A stretch of 63,994 bases of DNA, the filler included, from Basidiobolus ranarum (lineage: Eukaryota): NCBI GenBank assembly GCA_040143965.1. It is 6 parts of 6 records of this genome, joined end to end, with 100 filler letters (N's around TTAATTAATTAA, not from the genome) between each part and the next. Parts side by side here need not be neighbours in the genome. Positions count along the whole stretch, not along the records: positions 1 to 10,734 come from JASJQH010007546.1; 5 more parts are not named here. One strand, given 5' to 3'. Numbering within the stretch: position 1 is the first letter of the stretch; each line of letters begins with the position of its first letter. Shown here piece by piece: positions 1 to 10,834 of the stretch. A model generated the notes under the pieces. That model was given only the letters and a program-made list of their open reading frames with translations, did not search any database and was not told the DNA's origin. Made by a program: the position numbers and the translations under genes.

Positions 1-814
1 TTGGTATTGGAGCATACGAAGTGTAAATAAATATCTCTGGTATACATCCTAGTTTTCATCAATTACCACGGTATTTGTCATCTTTCTTATTCTAATGGAA
101 TTCTCTTGTGTTAGAGGTTAGCTACACCCACCACACCTGTACAAAGTTTTATTGAACCGCAGTGAATATATGGAAGTTATTTTATTGCGTACACACCACT
201 TTTTATCAAATGTTACTGAAATAAGGTAGGAATGACTCAAAGATCTTAGTTAAAATAGAGTAGGCCATTACAAATGATCCAGAACCAATATATATCCAAT
301 ATTATCGCTACTCACTTGCCCAATTGAATCAAGTGAACATACATGGCATTAACGAATTATAGTCGGTCACAGATCTTACTTTGCCTCTTCGCGTGTGGCC
401 AACATCCCACCAAATTTGAAAGATATAAATACAAAGAATTGACAATTTTGTTTATATCATCTGACAATAGCAGAGTGAGGTGTTTAGCATTCGGATGCTA
501 ACTAGCAATCAAATAACTTATGTTCAAGTCAAGTCATGTTTCATACCAAATGTTGACAATTGCTTTGTAGTAGTTGGTGCAGGCTTGATTGGACTGGTAT
601 TTACCATGAATGTGAATCAATTGTTACATATATGCTATTCAAGTGCTATTCAATATATATAAGAGGAAAGGTAGATCCAAACTGGCAAGGTAGATCTAAA
701 TATATAAAAACATCATGGCCATTAAATCCGTGCACGATGGCTGACTTCTTATTAGCAGGTTAATTTACTCTACTAATTTCCTCCATTTAGAATAAGATCA
801 TTTGAATGTGCTTA

Positions 815-887
815 CTTCCAATTGAACATATATATAAGAACTGTATTAATCCTTCCAACTGAATATATATATAAGAACTAGATTAAT
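815..887 (+). repeat. Two-copy ~37-bp tandem repeat
   Basis: cttccaattgaacatatatataagaactgtattaat followed by cttccaactgaatatatatataagaactagattaat. Confidence 0.7.
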
Positions 888-996
888 AGTACAAGTGGAA
901 AGCTGATCAAAATGTTGGAAGGGCAAACCGGTAAACTTAACATCACCATTTATGCTAAATCTTCTCAAGAAAATCTCTTTAATTTCCTATTTCTAC

Positions 997-1215
997 TAGT
1001 TCTCAGATATATGGACTTTTTCAAACTTGTGCTAGAAGCCCCAAACTTGGCACACATGTTTCTGAAGCCTTCCTTAACACACTCTACATCTTAGTTTGTT
1101 TACATCTTGACCAAAGTATAAATGGCAACTTTCAACTCAATAAATCCATCAGTGAAAACCACCAATTTCTCTAATTTTCCAAACCACTTGCAACCAGCTC
1201 CCAAATACTTTAATA
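997..1215 (+). mobile_element. 5'-truncated copy of the ~340-bp LTR family
   Basis: Aligns by eye to the 3' two-thirds of 2076-2423 (ttttcaaacttgtgctagaagccccaaact...ctcccaaatact). Ends in tttaata, i.e. ttcaaca with C>T decay. Confidence 0.8.
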
Positions 1216-1649
1216 CTATCAAGCCCAAAACTTTTGGAAATATACAAATACTCAGTTAAGCCTTTGCTTCTAGATACCAAAAATTAATAGGAGCCAGTAG
1301 TTGCAGAACTTTTTTTCCCTATTGATGAATAAAACATAAGCTGTCACATGAGGGTATGGTGAAGTATTCTTCATTAGTGTTAATGGCTTCGTAAACTCTA
1401 CTGCAGTATCAACTCCTGACGGATATAGGTATTGGCAAGTAAAGTTCCCAAAAATATATTTAATACTTTTGCAAAGAGCTAATAGAGAAAAATATATTCT
1501 GAAGCTTCAATAGCGATGAATTTCCAGATATGATAAAATGAGTATCTGATAGATTAGTCAACCAAGAGCTCAAAGTGACAATTTTAACATCAAGAGTTGG
1601 GTACAGGGTTGACTAATTTGCAATATACACTTGATTCTGGTTGATTAAT

Positions 1650-1780
1650 GTCAATAAGTAATCCACATATATTACAACCCAGTCTATAACATTCACAGCC
1701 ATAGAGCAAGACTAATGGAAATAGTCCATTTAAGTCCAAAAATTATTAATTTAGTAACCTGAAAATATTCTTCTAATTAC
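1650..1780 (-). pseudogene. Possible reverse-transcriptase relic (Gypsy/DIRS-like)
   Basis: Minus strand reads ...IFGLKW... and, after a frameshift, WVVIYVDYLL, resembling the xPFGL and YxDD RT motifs. Heavily degraded. Confidence 0.3.
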
Positions 1781-2075
1781 AAACAAAGTTAAAGTACTGG
1801 TTTTAGAACTTATTAACAAACAGTTGAGCTATCAAGATGTTGACTTCCAGCCAAAATTAAGTTGTGCCTGATTTGCATATCAGCTATACTTCCTGGGCTA
1901 CCTCTGTCAGTGGGCTAAGACCAAATTGAGCAAGCCTAATTTGAATCACTATTTATAATTTAGTGCTGATTTAGCATAAATTCTGATCTCATTGATCATG
2001 AACCCTGATGGATCTGAATTGGACAATATTTTGCATTTCCCTCCCCTTTTCCTCACAAATAGTGCATGTAGTCTT

Positions 2076-2423
2076 TGTTGAAATTAACATTGCCTAAACA
2101 ACTATATATTCATATATAGCTAAGTACTTAGTTATCTTATAATTCACTAAGATATTATCCTTTATTCTCATGAGGAATTTACTTAGAATATTTTTACAAA
2201 CTTAGAAGTTCTCAAATATATAGATTTTTCAAACTTGTACTAGAAGCCCCAAACTTTGCACAAATGCTCCTGGGACTTTCCTTTACACATTCTACATGTT
2301 AGTGTATTTACATGTTGACAAAACTATAAATGTCAACTTTATCCTCAATAAATCAATAAGGGGGAACCACCAATTCCTCTAATTCTCCAAGCCACCTCCA
2401 ACAAGCTCCCAAATACTTCAACA
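2076..2423 (+). mobile_element. Solo LTR (348 bp) with 5-bp TSD GTCTT
   Basis: Starts TGTTGAA and ends TTCAACA (inverted termini, TG...CA). GTCTT at 2071-2075 and 2424-2428. Internal TATA-like ctataaat. Five further copies in the window. Confidence 0.9.
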
Positions 2424-4151
2424 GTCTTCTCATATATACAGAGATTCTCCTCTGCACTAGAGGTCAGGGAAAACAGCAAATAAATGCTTCCATTTAGTTG
2501 ACAGTAAGAAGAAACTTGTGAAATACAGAGAGTTCATGGACCAATAGATCAGTGATATGCTTAAATACATGGTATAAAAGCTATCAGGCATTGATCTATA
2601 CTTACTAAAATATGAAATTTATAAGTCTCTCAGTGTCTTTTCATTTAGCCATGAACAAATTTGAAAATATATCAAAGGATATTCTCAAGTATGTCAATTA
2701 TATAGATACACTCTTTAGCTACATTAGAATTGATAAATGCTTTGCAAAGAAGAACATCAATAGAATCAATTTTCCAAAAAGCCAACTTTCTAAATTAATT
2801 TTGTGGTAAATTTATAATGGTATCAATGGAGTGCAAATAAATATGCTCAATAAGAAAGTCCAAATTGTTTCAGAATACCAACATTACATTCAAAGGTCTT
2901 GTTTATTTTAGAAAAAAAATTGAGTATTTTGAGGAAGTGTTCACTTTGAATGCTAATTTATTTCTTCAAAATGCTGCCAAACTTCCAAACAATTCCATAG
3001 TTTAACACATATAGTAGCTAGCACAACAATGCTTATATTTTATAGCTCAAGAGTGTGACTCTATGCAGCTTTAGAAAAACTACATATTAGCTGTGTAATC
3101 CTATCAAAAAATGACATTTTGAAGATCATGCAATTTTCCTACTATTTCTTAATGGTATTCCAATGGTATTTCACTAATCCCTCTCATGGTAAATCCAAAT
3201 TTTTAAGTTTCCTTTGATTTTCTGCTGGTATTCCAAGGCCTCAGCTTTTACTTCCTCAAGTTTTACTATAGTATTTATCTACATATTTTTTATAGGTCAA
3301 ATGTAGCAAGTAAATTAACCTATTCAGTTATTTTGCAACATTTCAAAATGGATAGATGTTCTATATCAGTACATATGAAAAGAAAGGCTGTATCACTAGA
3401 CTGGTATGTAATTGGTATAGTGTATATATCATTCCACTCTGTGCAGAATCCTGGGCTATATCTTGATATACACTTTGAAAAATTTAGTTATCAAACATTT
3501 CCAAAGCAATTGGGCAACATCTACCAATGGAGTAAATGTGTTTCTGATGTATACAACTTTGAATTTATCTCCTTGGGCATCCCTACATCTAGATATACCA
3601 TTCTATCTCTAAGCCCCTCCTTGGAGTTATAACTCCTTAACAATTAGATATTCTCAGAAACACTCCATAGTTGTGGTATCGGCAGAAAAATCGAGAGTGA
3701 TTGCGATATTACTGTGCTAAACCGAAAACTACAAAATTATGCCTCCACAACTCTAATCTTTAGTGCGACTCCATAGATGTAACCGTAACATAACGCATAA
3801 GGCACAACCCTATATTACCGTATTAGGGTAGGGTCATTATTGAATTTGGACCTCTTTGTTGTATTGGTGTATGCTCTTTGTTATATGTCTCGATGCGAAT
3901 TTAGACACAGCGACCCATGATAAGGAGACGTATAATGAATTGGAGAAAAGGGGGAGATGGGAGCTGAATTGCTACTGGTTAATTAGATGTAATTGGTGAA
4001 AGGGGTACATCGATAGCGTCGTCATTTTGAACGATAAAGTCAAGCGAAAGACTGTAAATTAACCCCTCTATTGATATTCGGTACAAATTCCATCAAGATA
4101 ACTGTTTAGAAGCACTTTGAGAAGAGAAAGAATTTCATTGAGACATTAGTA

Positions 4152-7100
4152 ATGGGCAAGAAGAAATCCCCATCAGCACACGGGAATCCAGCAAAAGGTC
4201 GTAAGAAAAACCGGAGAAAGCAGACAACCTCCAAAACTGTACAGGAGGAACCTCCTTCCGCTGAAATTGAGCAAGTTTTAAATGCTGCTGAAAGCATTCC
4301 AGAGACAAGCACCCATAGTGATATATCTACTCCAGTAAATTCAAGCACTGCGCCGCTAAATACTGGCGATAATACCCCCACTACTGAATTTCTTGAGATA
4401 AGAGAAGTACCAAAGTCGCACGCCGATCTAGAAAATGCAGTGCCTCCTGTGGCAAATAACGATCCTTTACCCTCTACTTCAAGTCTACACCATCATCACT
4501 TGTCCAGCGGAATAGGGCGAAGGTCTGTACTCAAGCCTGTAGTCAGTGAAGAAGAGAATATTGATGATGGAGGTGTTTCTCACATTAAAAAGATGCTTAA
4601 AAGGCCTGTTACTCTCATAGAAACGAGTAGCAAGCCTCGATCTAATATGGCGCGGAAATCCATTACGATAGGAGCCTCACAGGGAAAGACAGGACTATAT
4701 ACTCTAAGTCCAACAATGACAAATTGCGACACGGAAATGGAGTTAGGTAGTGAATTTGAAGTTGTTCTGGAAGATGGGACGCATAAGAAACGGACTGTTT
4801 CTTTAACAACCAATCTTACAAGCCATCGGTAAGACAATTGATATTGGCCTCAAGGGAATTCTAACTAATGACTGCTTTTACCAAATAGTTACTCAACCTC
4901 TCCTTATAAGGTGCCAACAGCCCACCAATCACGTGATAATGATCCGCTATTGTCATATTCTAACATCGGCAGCTCCGATGAAGAGAGCGACCCTTTGAAG
5001 AGAAGAAGCAGAAATTCATGGAATCTGTCAAGACTCAGACTGTCCACTATTCAAAAGAATGTACTTAAGGGAGCATTGGCATATTTCCTAACAGCCATGC
5101 TTACATTTGTCCCGTACATTCGCAACAATCTATTTGACGAGCAAAGTACACATGTAGCGGCCATTTCGGTGTTGTTTTTCAATCCTGCTCGCCCTCTGGG
5201 AGCATTGCTTGAGGAAGCAAAATATGGCATATGTGGGATTATTTTTGGAACTTTAGTGGGAATATCAAGTCTTCTTACAACAATTGGCTGGAACATGTAT
5301 TTTCCGTTGGAATTGCAATGGTGGACCAAAGTAATAAATTTGGTTTTTTGGTGCGGCGGAACTGCCTTCATAATGGCATATTATAAGGCCAGGATTGGGA
5401 AACCTACAATTTACACTGGTAGAGTCATTCAGTCCCTCATCTACTAATTTCTCAGTCCCTCATCTACTAATTTAATACTAATTGTGGGCTTCTATTACAG
5501 GAGTAGCGTGTGCCAACATTTTGATTTTCATCTTACTTGTGAGGTGCACGAGCAAGCCTGAGCCTTTCCTCGATACTAACACCATCATAGCTACGGTTAA
5601 AGGAATGGTATCAGGTGTCCTCATTGCTCTCTTTGTTTCATTCAACATTTTTCCTGAAAATGCCAGTGACAACCTACGGTATGGAATTTACTAGCTCATC
5701 CCTCTCACCAGCCGCTTCCTTTTTATTAACAAATTCCTTTCCTAATTAGCACCGATATTTCAAAAACACTACAGTCATTTCGCACACTCTTGAAATTGCT
5801 GACAAAGACTTTTTTGATGGATCCAGGGCTGGATCATGCAGCCATCCAGAAGCTATTGGATGAGCATCGGAACTCCATCACATCTCTGAAGAAGTCCCTT
5901 GGAGAGGCTAGCAACGAGTTTCATAAGCCTCAAGTATCATCGCGCATCAATATCTACAGTCAAATTGTGGCCTCCTTAAATCAATTGACTCAACACTTAG
6001 GTGGGCTATCTAGTAGTGTAAGTCATCAAATGGAGGTGCTAGGAAAGCAGGATTCTGAGTACGGTTCCACTTCTCAAAAGCGAGCTGAAGCTGAAATGCT
6101 ACAAGAATTTATTTATTATGTGGGCCCACCAATGCGTTCACTTGCATTCACCTGTAAACAGACTATTATGAAGTTGGAGGACTGCTTTCAACAGAGTAAA
6201 CATATCCCCGATGTATCTCCCTTCCATCAGCTAAGTGTCAATCTGAGTGAGGCCTTGGCTGTTTTTGAACGATCACAGTCGCTAGCTGTAACTGGATTAT
6301 ATAAGAGGGCCAAGTTTGATGGAAGACCCAATGAAGAAGTATTTCTCGTGTATTTTTTCGTCTTCTCTTTACAAGAGTTTACGCGAGAATTAGGCTCCGT
6401 AGTCAAGTCGGTAGAGTCGCTTTGGAAATCTCACCGTATGCCCGAAGCGTATCATCGCGATCAAGAATATTACAACTATATTACAGGTATGATATTTTAA
6501 TATCGATCGTTTGACCAGCCACTAACATCTACATAGATGAAAAATACCCCGCGTTAGACCTCGGAACTACTCATGGTTTACACACTCCGGAACCGCATTC
6601 CGGTGCTCTAAAGCTATCCCACTTTGCTTGGAAATTCTTCAGTTGGTTCCGAACTTTCGAAGCCAAATTCGCCTTAAAAACTGCAATTGCCACGACACTC
6701 TTGATGTTACCTGCCTTTCACGATGAATGGCGAAGTACTTACTATGGGTATCGGGGTGAATGGGCACTTATTTCGGTATTTTGTCATGAATTAGATCTTG
6801 TTTGTTCTCATCTTCTAAATAATCTTCAAAAATAGTTAGGAGTGGCAATGGTACCATCGGTTGGCGGAAGTAACATGATCGGCATGTACCGTTTGTTAGG
6901 AACATTTTTTGGTGGAATCTTTTCGTATGGCGTTTATGCACTATTTCCAGCTTACGGACCTGTTATGGCTGCTATAGTTTTCTTATTTGCAATTCCCTGC
7001 TATTATATTATATTATATACAAAGCATCCATTGGGTGCCCAATTTTCCCTTTTGACTTTGGCTAACATTTTGCTAAATGGCTATGCCCCGGCCAAAGGAG

Positions 7101-8050
7101 AACCTCCACATGATATTGGCACGCTTGCCTTTAAGCGTGTGTTAGCTGTGAGTACTGGAGTTATCTTCGGGCTTATATTTACAAAGTAAGTGAAAGAATC
7201 TCTATTTTTAAGGATCTTATTAATTCATGAAAATAGCTATGTTTGGCCGTATGAAGCACGAGTTGAACTTCGGAAGGAGCTTAGCCAGTTTTTCTTGAGA
7301 ATAAGTGAATTATATCACAAATTAGTGGCCATGTACAGCTCTGAAGATAATGAATCGAATGGAGATACTCTCGAAGGATCAAGTAATGTTCCTATCAACA
7401 TTGATAAGAACCGTGAAATTAAAGAATTCCTTGATTTGGAATTACAATTACAATTGGCATTATTGAATTTACATGTACTGTTATCTCAAACCAGTCATGA
7501 ACCGCGACTCAAAGGACCATATCCACAATCAACATACAAATTGATCCTAGTCTCTTGTCAAAATTTACTAGATAAGCTACTTGCGATGAGAATTGCCGTT
7601 ACTAAAGAGGTGTGGTTCCAGTCGGTCCGCGAAGATTTTGTTATGCCGGTTAATGATGAACGAAAGCAAATGGTTGGATGTATTTTACTTTCATTTTACA
7701 TATTTGCTTCTGCTCTTCGAATCAAAACTCCATTACCGCCCTATCTACCTCCAGCTAATGAAGCCCGACAGAGACTAGTAGCCCGAATTCGAGAACTTCC
7801 AGTGGTAAAAATGCGACATGTGTACGGTAATGATGCACATTATATTTTCTACTACGCCTATGTGTTGGTACTAGAAGATGTCATTCGAGAGATTGATAAA
7901 ATCGGTACCTATATGAAGTTACTTTTTGGCTGCGTCGGAGGGGCTCAGTTCGAAGGTTACTTCCGAACACCAACATTTAGTGATGATTTTAGTCGTAAGC
8001 ACTCAGTTGCCAGTATCAACTCTCAAGATATTCAGAGTTATAGGTATTAG
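4152..8050 (+). CDS. Multi-exon membrane protein of the FUSC/aromatic acid exporter (ArAE_2, Bre4/YGL140C-like) family
   Basis: About 7 exons joined by GT-AG introns (first intron 4829-4888). Disordered N-terminus and two TM clusters. Motifs KFALKTAIA, YRGEWALIS, PSVGGS...RLLGT, YVWPYEARVELR, EPRLKGPYP, ALRIKTPLPPYLP. Confidence 0.8.
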
Positions 8051-8219
8051 TATTTCGAGGCTTTGGAGTGGATTGTTTATCATGGTAATATCAACCATTG
8101 TCACTTTATCAAAATTTATGTTAGTATACTCAAATAAATATATATTGTAATCTATTAAAATTAAATGGAAGCTCCTCTGAAATCTCAATTTCTAGATAGA
8201 TTAACAGTATAATAATTGA

Positions 8220-8597
8220 ATGGATCACGTGATTATCATAACTAATCTCTTCACATGTAAAAATAATCAGGTTATGCAAGAAATTGATCAAGTCAGGAAT
8301 ATCACGGTAGCATTACTGACTATTAGAGTATGTAACATGAAGGAATACCAACTGCTAAGCCATGCAATACGACCAACGATTAGAGTATGTAACATGAGGG
8401 AATACCAACTTCCAAAAGCCATGGGATATATTCAACTATTAGAGGATGTAACGTGAAGGAATACCCGAAGCTGTTTGACGACAAGCCGGGAAATATAACT
8501 GGATTTAGCAAGAACTCACCACAAAAGAAAGTGCTTCAATGCACGAAATGCTATTGATATTTTAATATAGAGTACTGCATGCGAGCACGTTTGTAAG
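8220..8597 (+). pseudogene. Frameshifted ORF relic with three TIRxCNxKEY repeats and a degenerate C2H2-like finger
   Basis: The ORF at 8220-8456 continues after a frameshift as TIRGCNVKEYPKLFDDKPGNITGFSKNSPQKKVLQCTKCY*YFNIEYCMRARL*. Confidence 0.4.
8319..8465 (+). repeat. ~57-59-bp tandem repeat, 2.5 copies
   Basis: Core acKattagagKatgtaacRtgaRggaatacc starts at 8319, 8376 and 8435. Confidence 0.85.
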
Positions 8598-8877
8598 CAT
8601 CAGTTCAAATAGAGTCGGGCCAAATGGTAGAAGTGGAATGATGTGAGTGTAATTTAGTGGTTTGAAGAGAAAAAGATACGACTTGTGTTCAGAATGAAAT
8701 TGGCTACTCCAAGATTATGTCATTCAATTTATGCGGGCTACTCTTTTCCTTTTGTGAGAAGTTGCAAACACTTGAAAAAAAATGCATCGGTGGGTCGAAT
8801 GTATATAAGAACTATGAATGCAGTCTACTTTTACCATATTGTAGAGATACAATTGAGCAGGAAACCCAAGTTAGAGA

Positions 8878-10719
8878 ATGGCAACCAAACTAGTGAAAAA
8901 GATATTCCAAACGAATCTAACCAATTCGATACCCGTGGATGAATTTGTTAGAGAAATGCGAACTGCTAGAATCTTAGAAAGATTCGGGACTTTTATCCAG
9001 GATTGTGACTTAGTAGAGGTGCCGAACAATGTTCTTCTGGTAAAACCGCTTCTTGATAGCTTGAAAAGTTGCTTTAGTGCCGTACAACTTCAGAAGGAAA
9101 TGACTTGGATTTTACAACCCCAGGCAATGTTTGTATCCTATATTACGGACGAGACCAACGGCATGCAGAGTACCATTAACGGCGAAACCAATGGCATACT
9201 AAGTACTATTACTGAGCGAGAAAGCTATGCAATTAGTATGGAAAGTGATAGCCTTATTCAAATATATACATGGCCTAACAATCACGTATATATCTTGGAT
9301 TTACTCAGCCTTACGAAATATCGCAATGAAATTTTATCAATGCTTGGTCAATTGCTAAAGAACGAGTCTCCCAAATACTTCTATGATTGTGGACCAGTAT
9401 TTTCGTTGCTTGAAGAACTCCTCGAAATATCTTACCAAGAGTTCAACGGTTGCATTGATGTTCAAGTAGAGAACAATACAATGTCAGTGTTAATAAGGAA
9501 GTTGGGCATTAAGCACTACCTGAAGGAAACTGTAATGTCGATTACTGCTCAAAGTAGTCAGGTGTGGTCTCATAGGCCTATGCACAGAGATTTGGTCATC
9601 TATGCTGCATTGGATGCATATTGCATTCATCAGATCTCCGATGCTATCAAGTCACACAACGCGTTGATGAGTGCAGCAGATACCATCAAAAAATACGAAA
9701 TTTACAAGCTTGGAGTTTTCGTAGCACCAATTAACCTTGAGATTGAGTGTGATACCGACGTTATTGGTCGAGCGATAGGCTATGACTTGATAAAGGAGAT
9801 TGAGCTGTCGGATACAGACGTGTTTCTCGACATAGGAAGAAAGACAAGACTAAACAGGCATTCTTCTAGTAGAATAGTCTCCGGTTATGATATCAGTGCA
9901 GAGATGCTGCATTCCATTCTTGAAAACTATCCAAATACAGTAGGGAACAGAGTAATTTTGGGACCAACACTTCACAGATTATCTCGAGTAATGTACGAGG
10001 ATAAGCCCGTTGGGTTGACATGGAGACTGGGCAGAAAAATCAAGGGACTTGCTCCGATATTTCTAGAGAAAGTTGATGCATCCATGAATATCCTTATCTG
10101 TGGTCCTCCCAACGTAGGAAAAACTTCTTTCCTAAGAGCTCTGTGTGAAGACATTTCGATGAACAAGTCCCTGTGCCTAATTGACACTTCAGGAGAAGTA
10201 TGTGGTAGCAGCGGTATACTTGGAGATTCCAGAATTTTTAAGCCAAGTTCGCCAGAGAAGCAGTATGATCTGATGATGGATATCGTTAAAAACCACTCCC
10301 CTAGTCACATCGTAATTGATGAAATACACACCAAAGAAGAAATGAAATTATGTTCGACCATCTCGAAGAGAGGCGTCAAAGTTATTGCGTCGGTCCATGG
10401 TTTGTTTCATGACTTGATTTACAATCAGGAACTCAATGCCAGTATTGGGGGAATCCATAAAACAATTTTATCTGACGCTAGAGCTGATTTGATAGCCACA
10501 GGGCGAAAAACCAGGATAGAACGTCAAGAGAGGTCCCTTTTCGATGTTGCTATTCAATTGACCCATTCGTCAGGACGCTTTGAGTACTGCTTCATCACCG
10601 ATATAAGTAATGCGGTTGATAGAATACTCAACGACCAAACAGTTAAGACCGTATATAGATATCTTACTGAAGACGGAGTATATGAAAAACAGTCATCTAT
10701 AGATCCTAGCACTCCATAG
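8878..10719 (+). CDS. Intronless 613-aa fusion: DEDDy 3'-5' exonuclease-like domain + Ycf45/SpoIIIAA-type P-loop ATPase
   Basis: Exonuclease-like motifs AISME, LIQI...VYILDL, KYFYDC, WSHRPM, YAALDA. ATPase motifs LHRLS, GLTWRLGR, Walker A GPPNVGKTS (nt ~10102), IDTSGEVCG, HSPSHIVIDEI (Walker B), RGVKVIASVHG, ER...FD. Confidence 0.85.
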   Translation: MATKLVKKIFQTNLTNSIPVDEFVREMRTARILERFGTFIQDCDLVEVPNNVLLVKPLLDSLKSCFSAVQLQKEMTWILQPQAMFVSYITDETNGMQSTINGETNGILSTITERESYAISMESDSLIQIYTWPNNHVYILDLLSLTKYRNEILSMLGQLLKNESPKYFYDCGPVFSLLEELLEISYQEFNGCIDVQVENNTMSVLIRKLGIKHYLKETVMSITAQSSQVWSHRPMHRDLVIYAALDAYCIHQISDAIKSHNALMSAADTIKKYEIYKLGVFVAPINLEIECDTDVIGRAIGYDLIKEIELSDTDVFLDIGRKTRLNRHSSSRIVSGYDISAEMLHSILENYPNTVGNRVILGPTLHRLSRVMYEDKPVGLTWRLGRKIKGLAPIFLEKVDASMNILICGPPNVGKTSFLRALCEDISMNKSLCLIDTSGEVCGSSGILGDSRIFKPSSPEKQYDLMMDIVKNHSPSHIVIDEIHTKEEMKLCSTISKRGVKVIASVHGLFHDLIYNQELNASIGGIHKTILSDARADLIATGRKTRIERQERSLFDVAIQLTHSSGRFEYCFITDISNAVDRILNDQTVKTVYRYLTEDGVYEKQSSIDPSTP

Positions 10720-10734
10720 GATTGTGTGATTGGT

Positions 10735-10834
10735 NNNNNNNNNNNNNNNNNNNNNNNNNNNNNNNNNNNNNNNNNNNNTTAATTAATTAANNNNNNNNNN
10801 NNNNNNNNNNNNNNNNNNNNNNNNNNNNNNNNNN
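10735..10834. other. Artificial contig spacer
   Basis: 44 N + TTAATTAATTAA (stops in all six frames) + 44 N. Confidence 0.98.

Larger units (their letters stand above)
1..3680. repeat. Block of decayed transposon-derived DNA, AT-rich and CpG-depleted
   Basis: No long ORFs. CpG is almost absent by eye from ~1560-3675 and returns abruptly at ~3680. Contains two LTR copies and an RT-like relic. Confidence 0.7.

Noticed and set aside
2100-2135. YIAKYL read as an HUH/Rep motif inside the dispersed repeat
   Set aside because: It lies within an LTR defined by termini and TSD. Other copies have a stop there, and no HUH motif is seen.
4106-5371. Antisense ORFs over real genes (also 19606-19935, 39092-39379, 52328-52690, 60571-60816 and others)
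   Set aside because: Shadow frames of the coding strand with no recognisable domains.
8319-8465. CRISPR-like array (31-bp repeats with 26-28-bp gaps) next to a nuclease/ATPase gene
   Set aside because: The gaps resemble each other (aactgctaagccatg / aacttccaaaagccatg), there are only three cores, no cas genes are present, and the context is eukaryotic. It is better explained as a tandem repeat.
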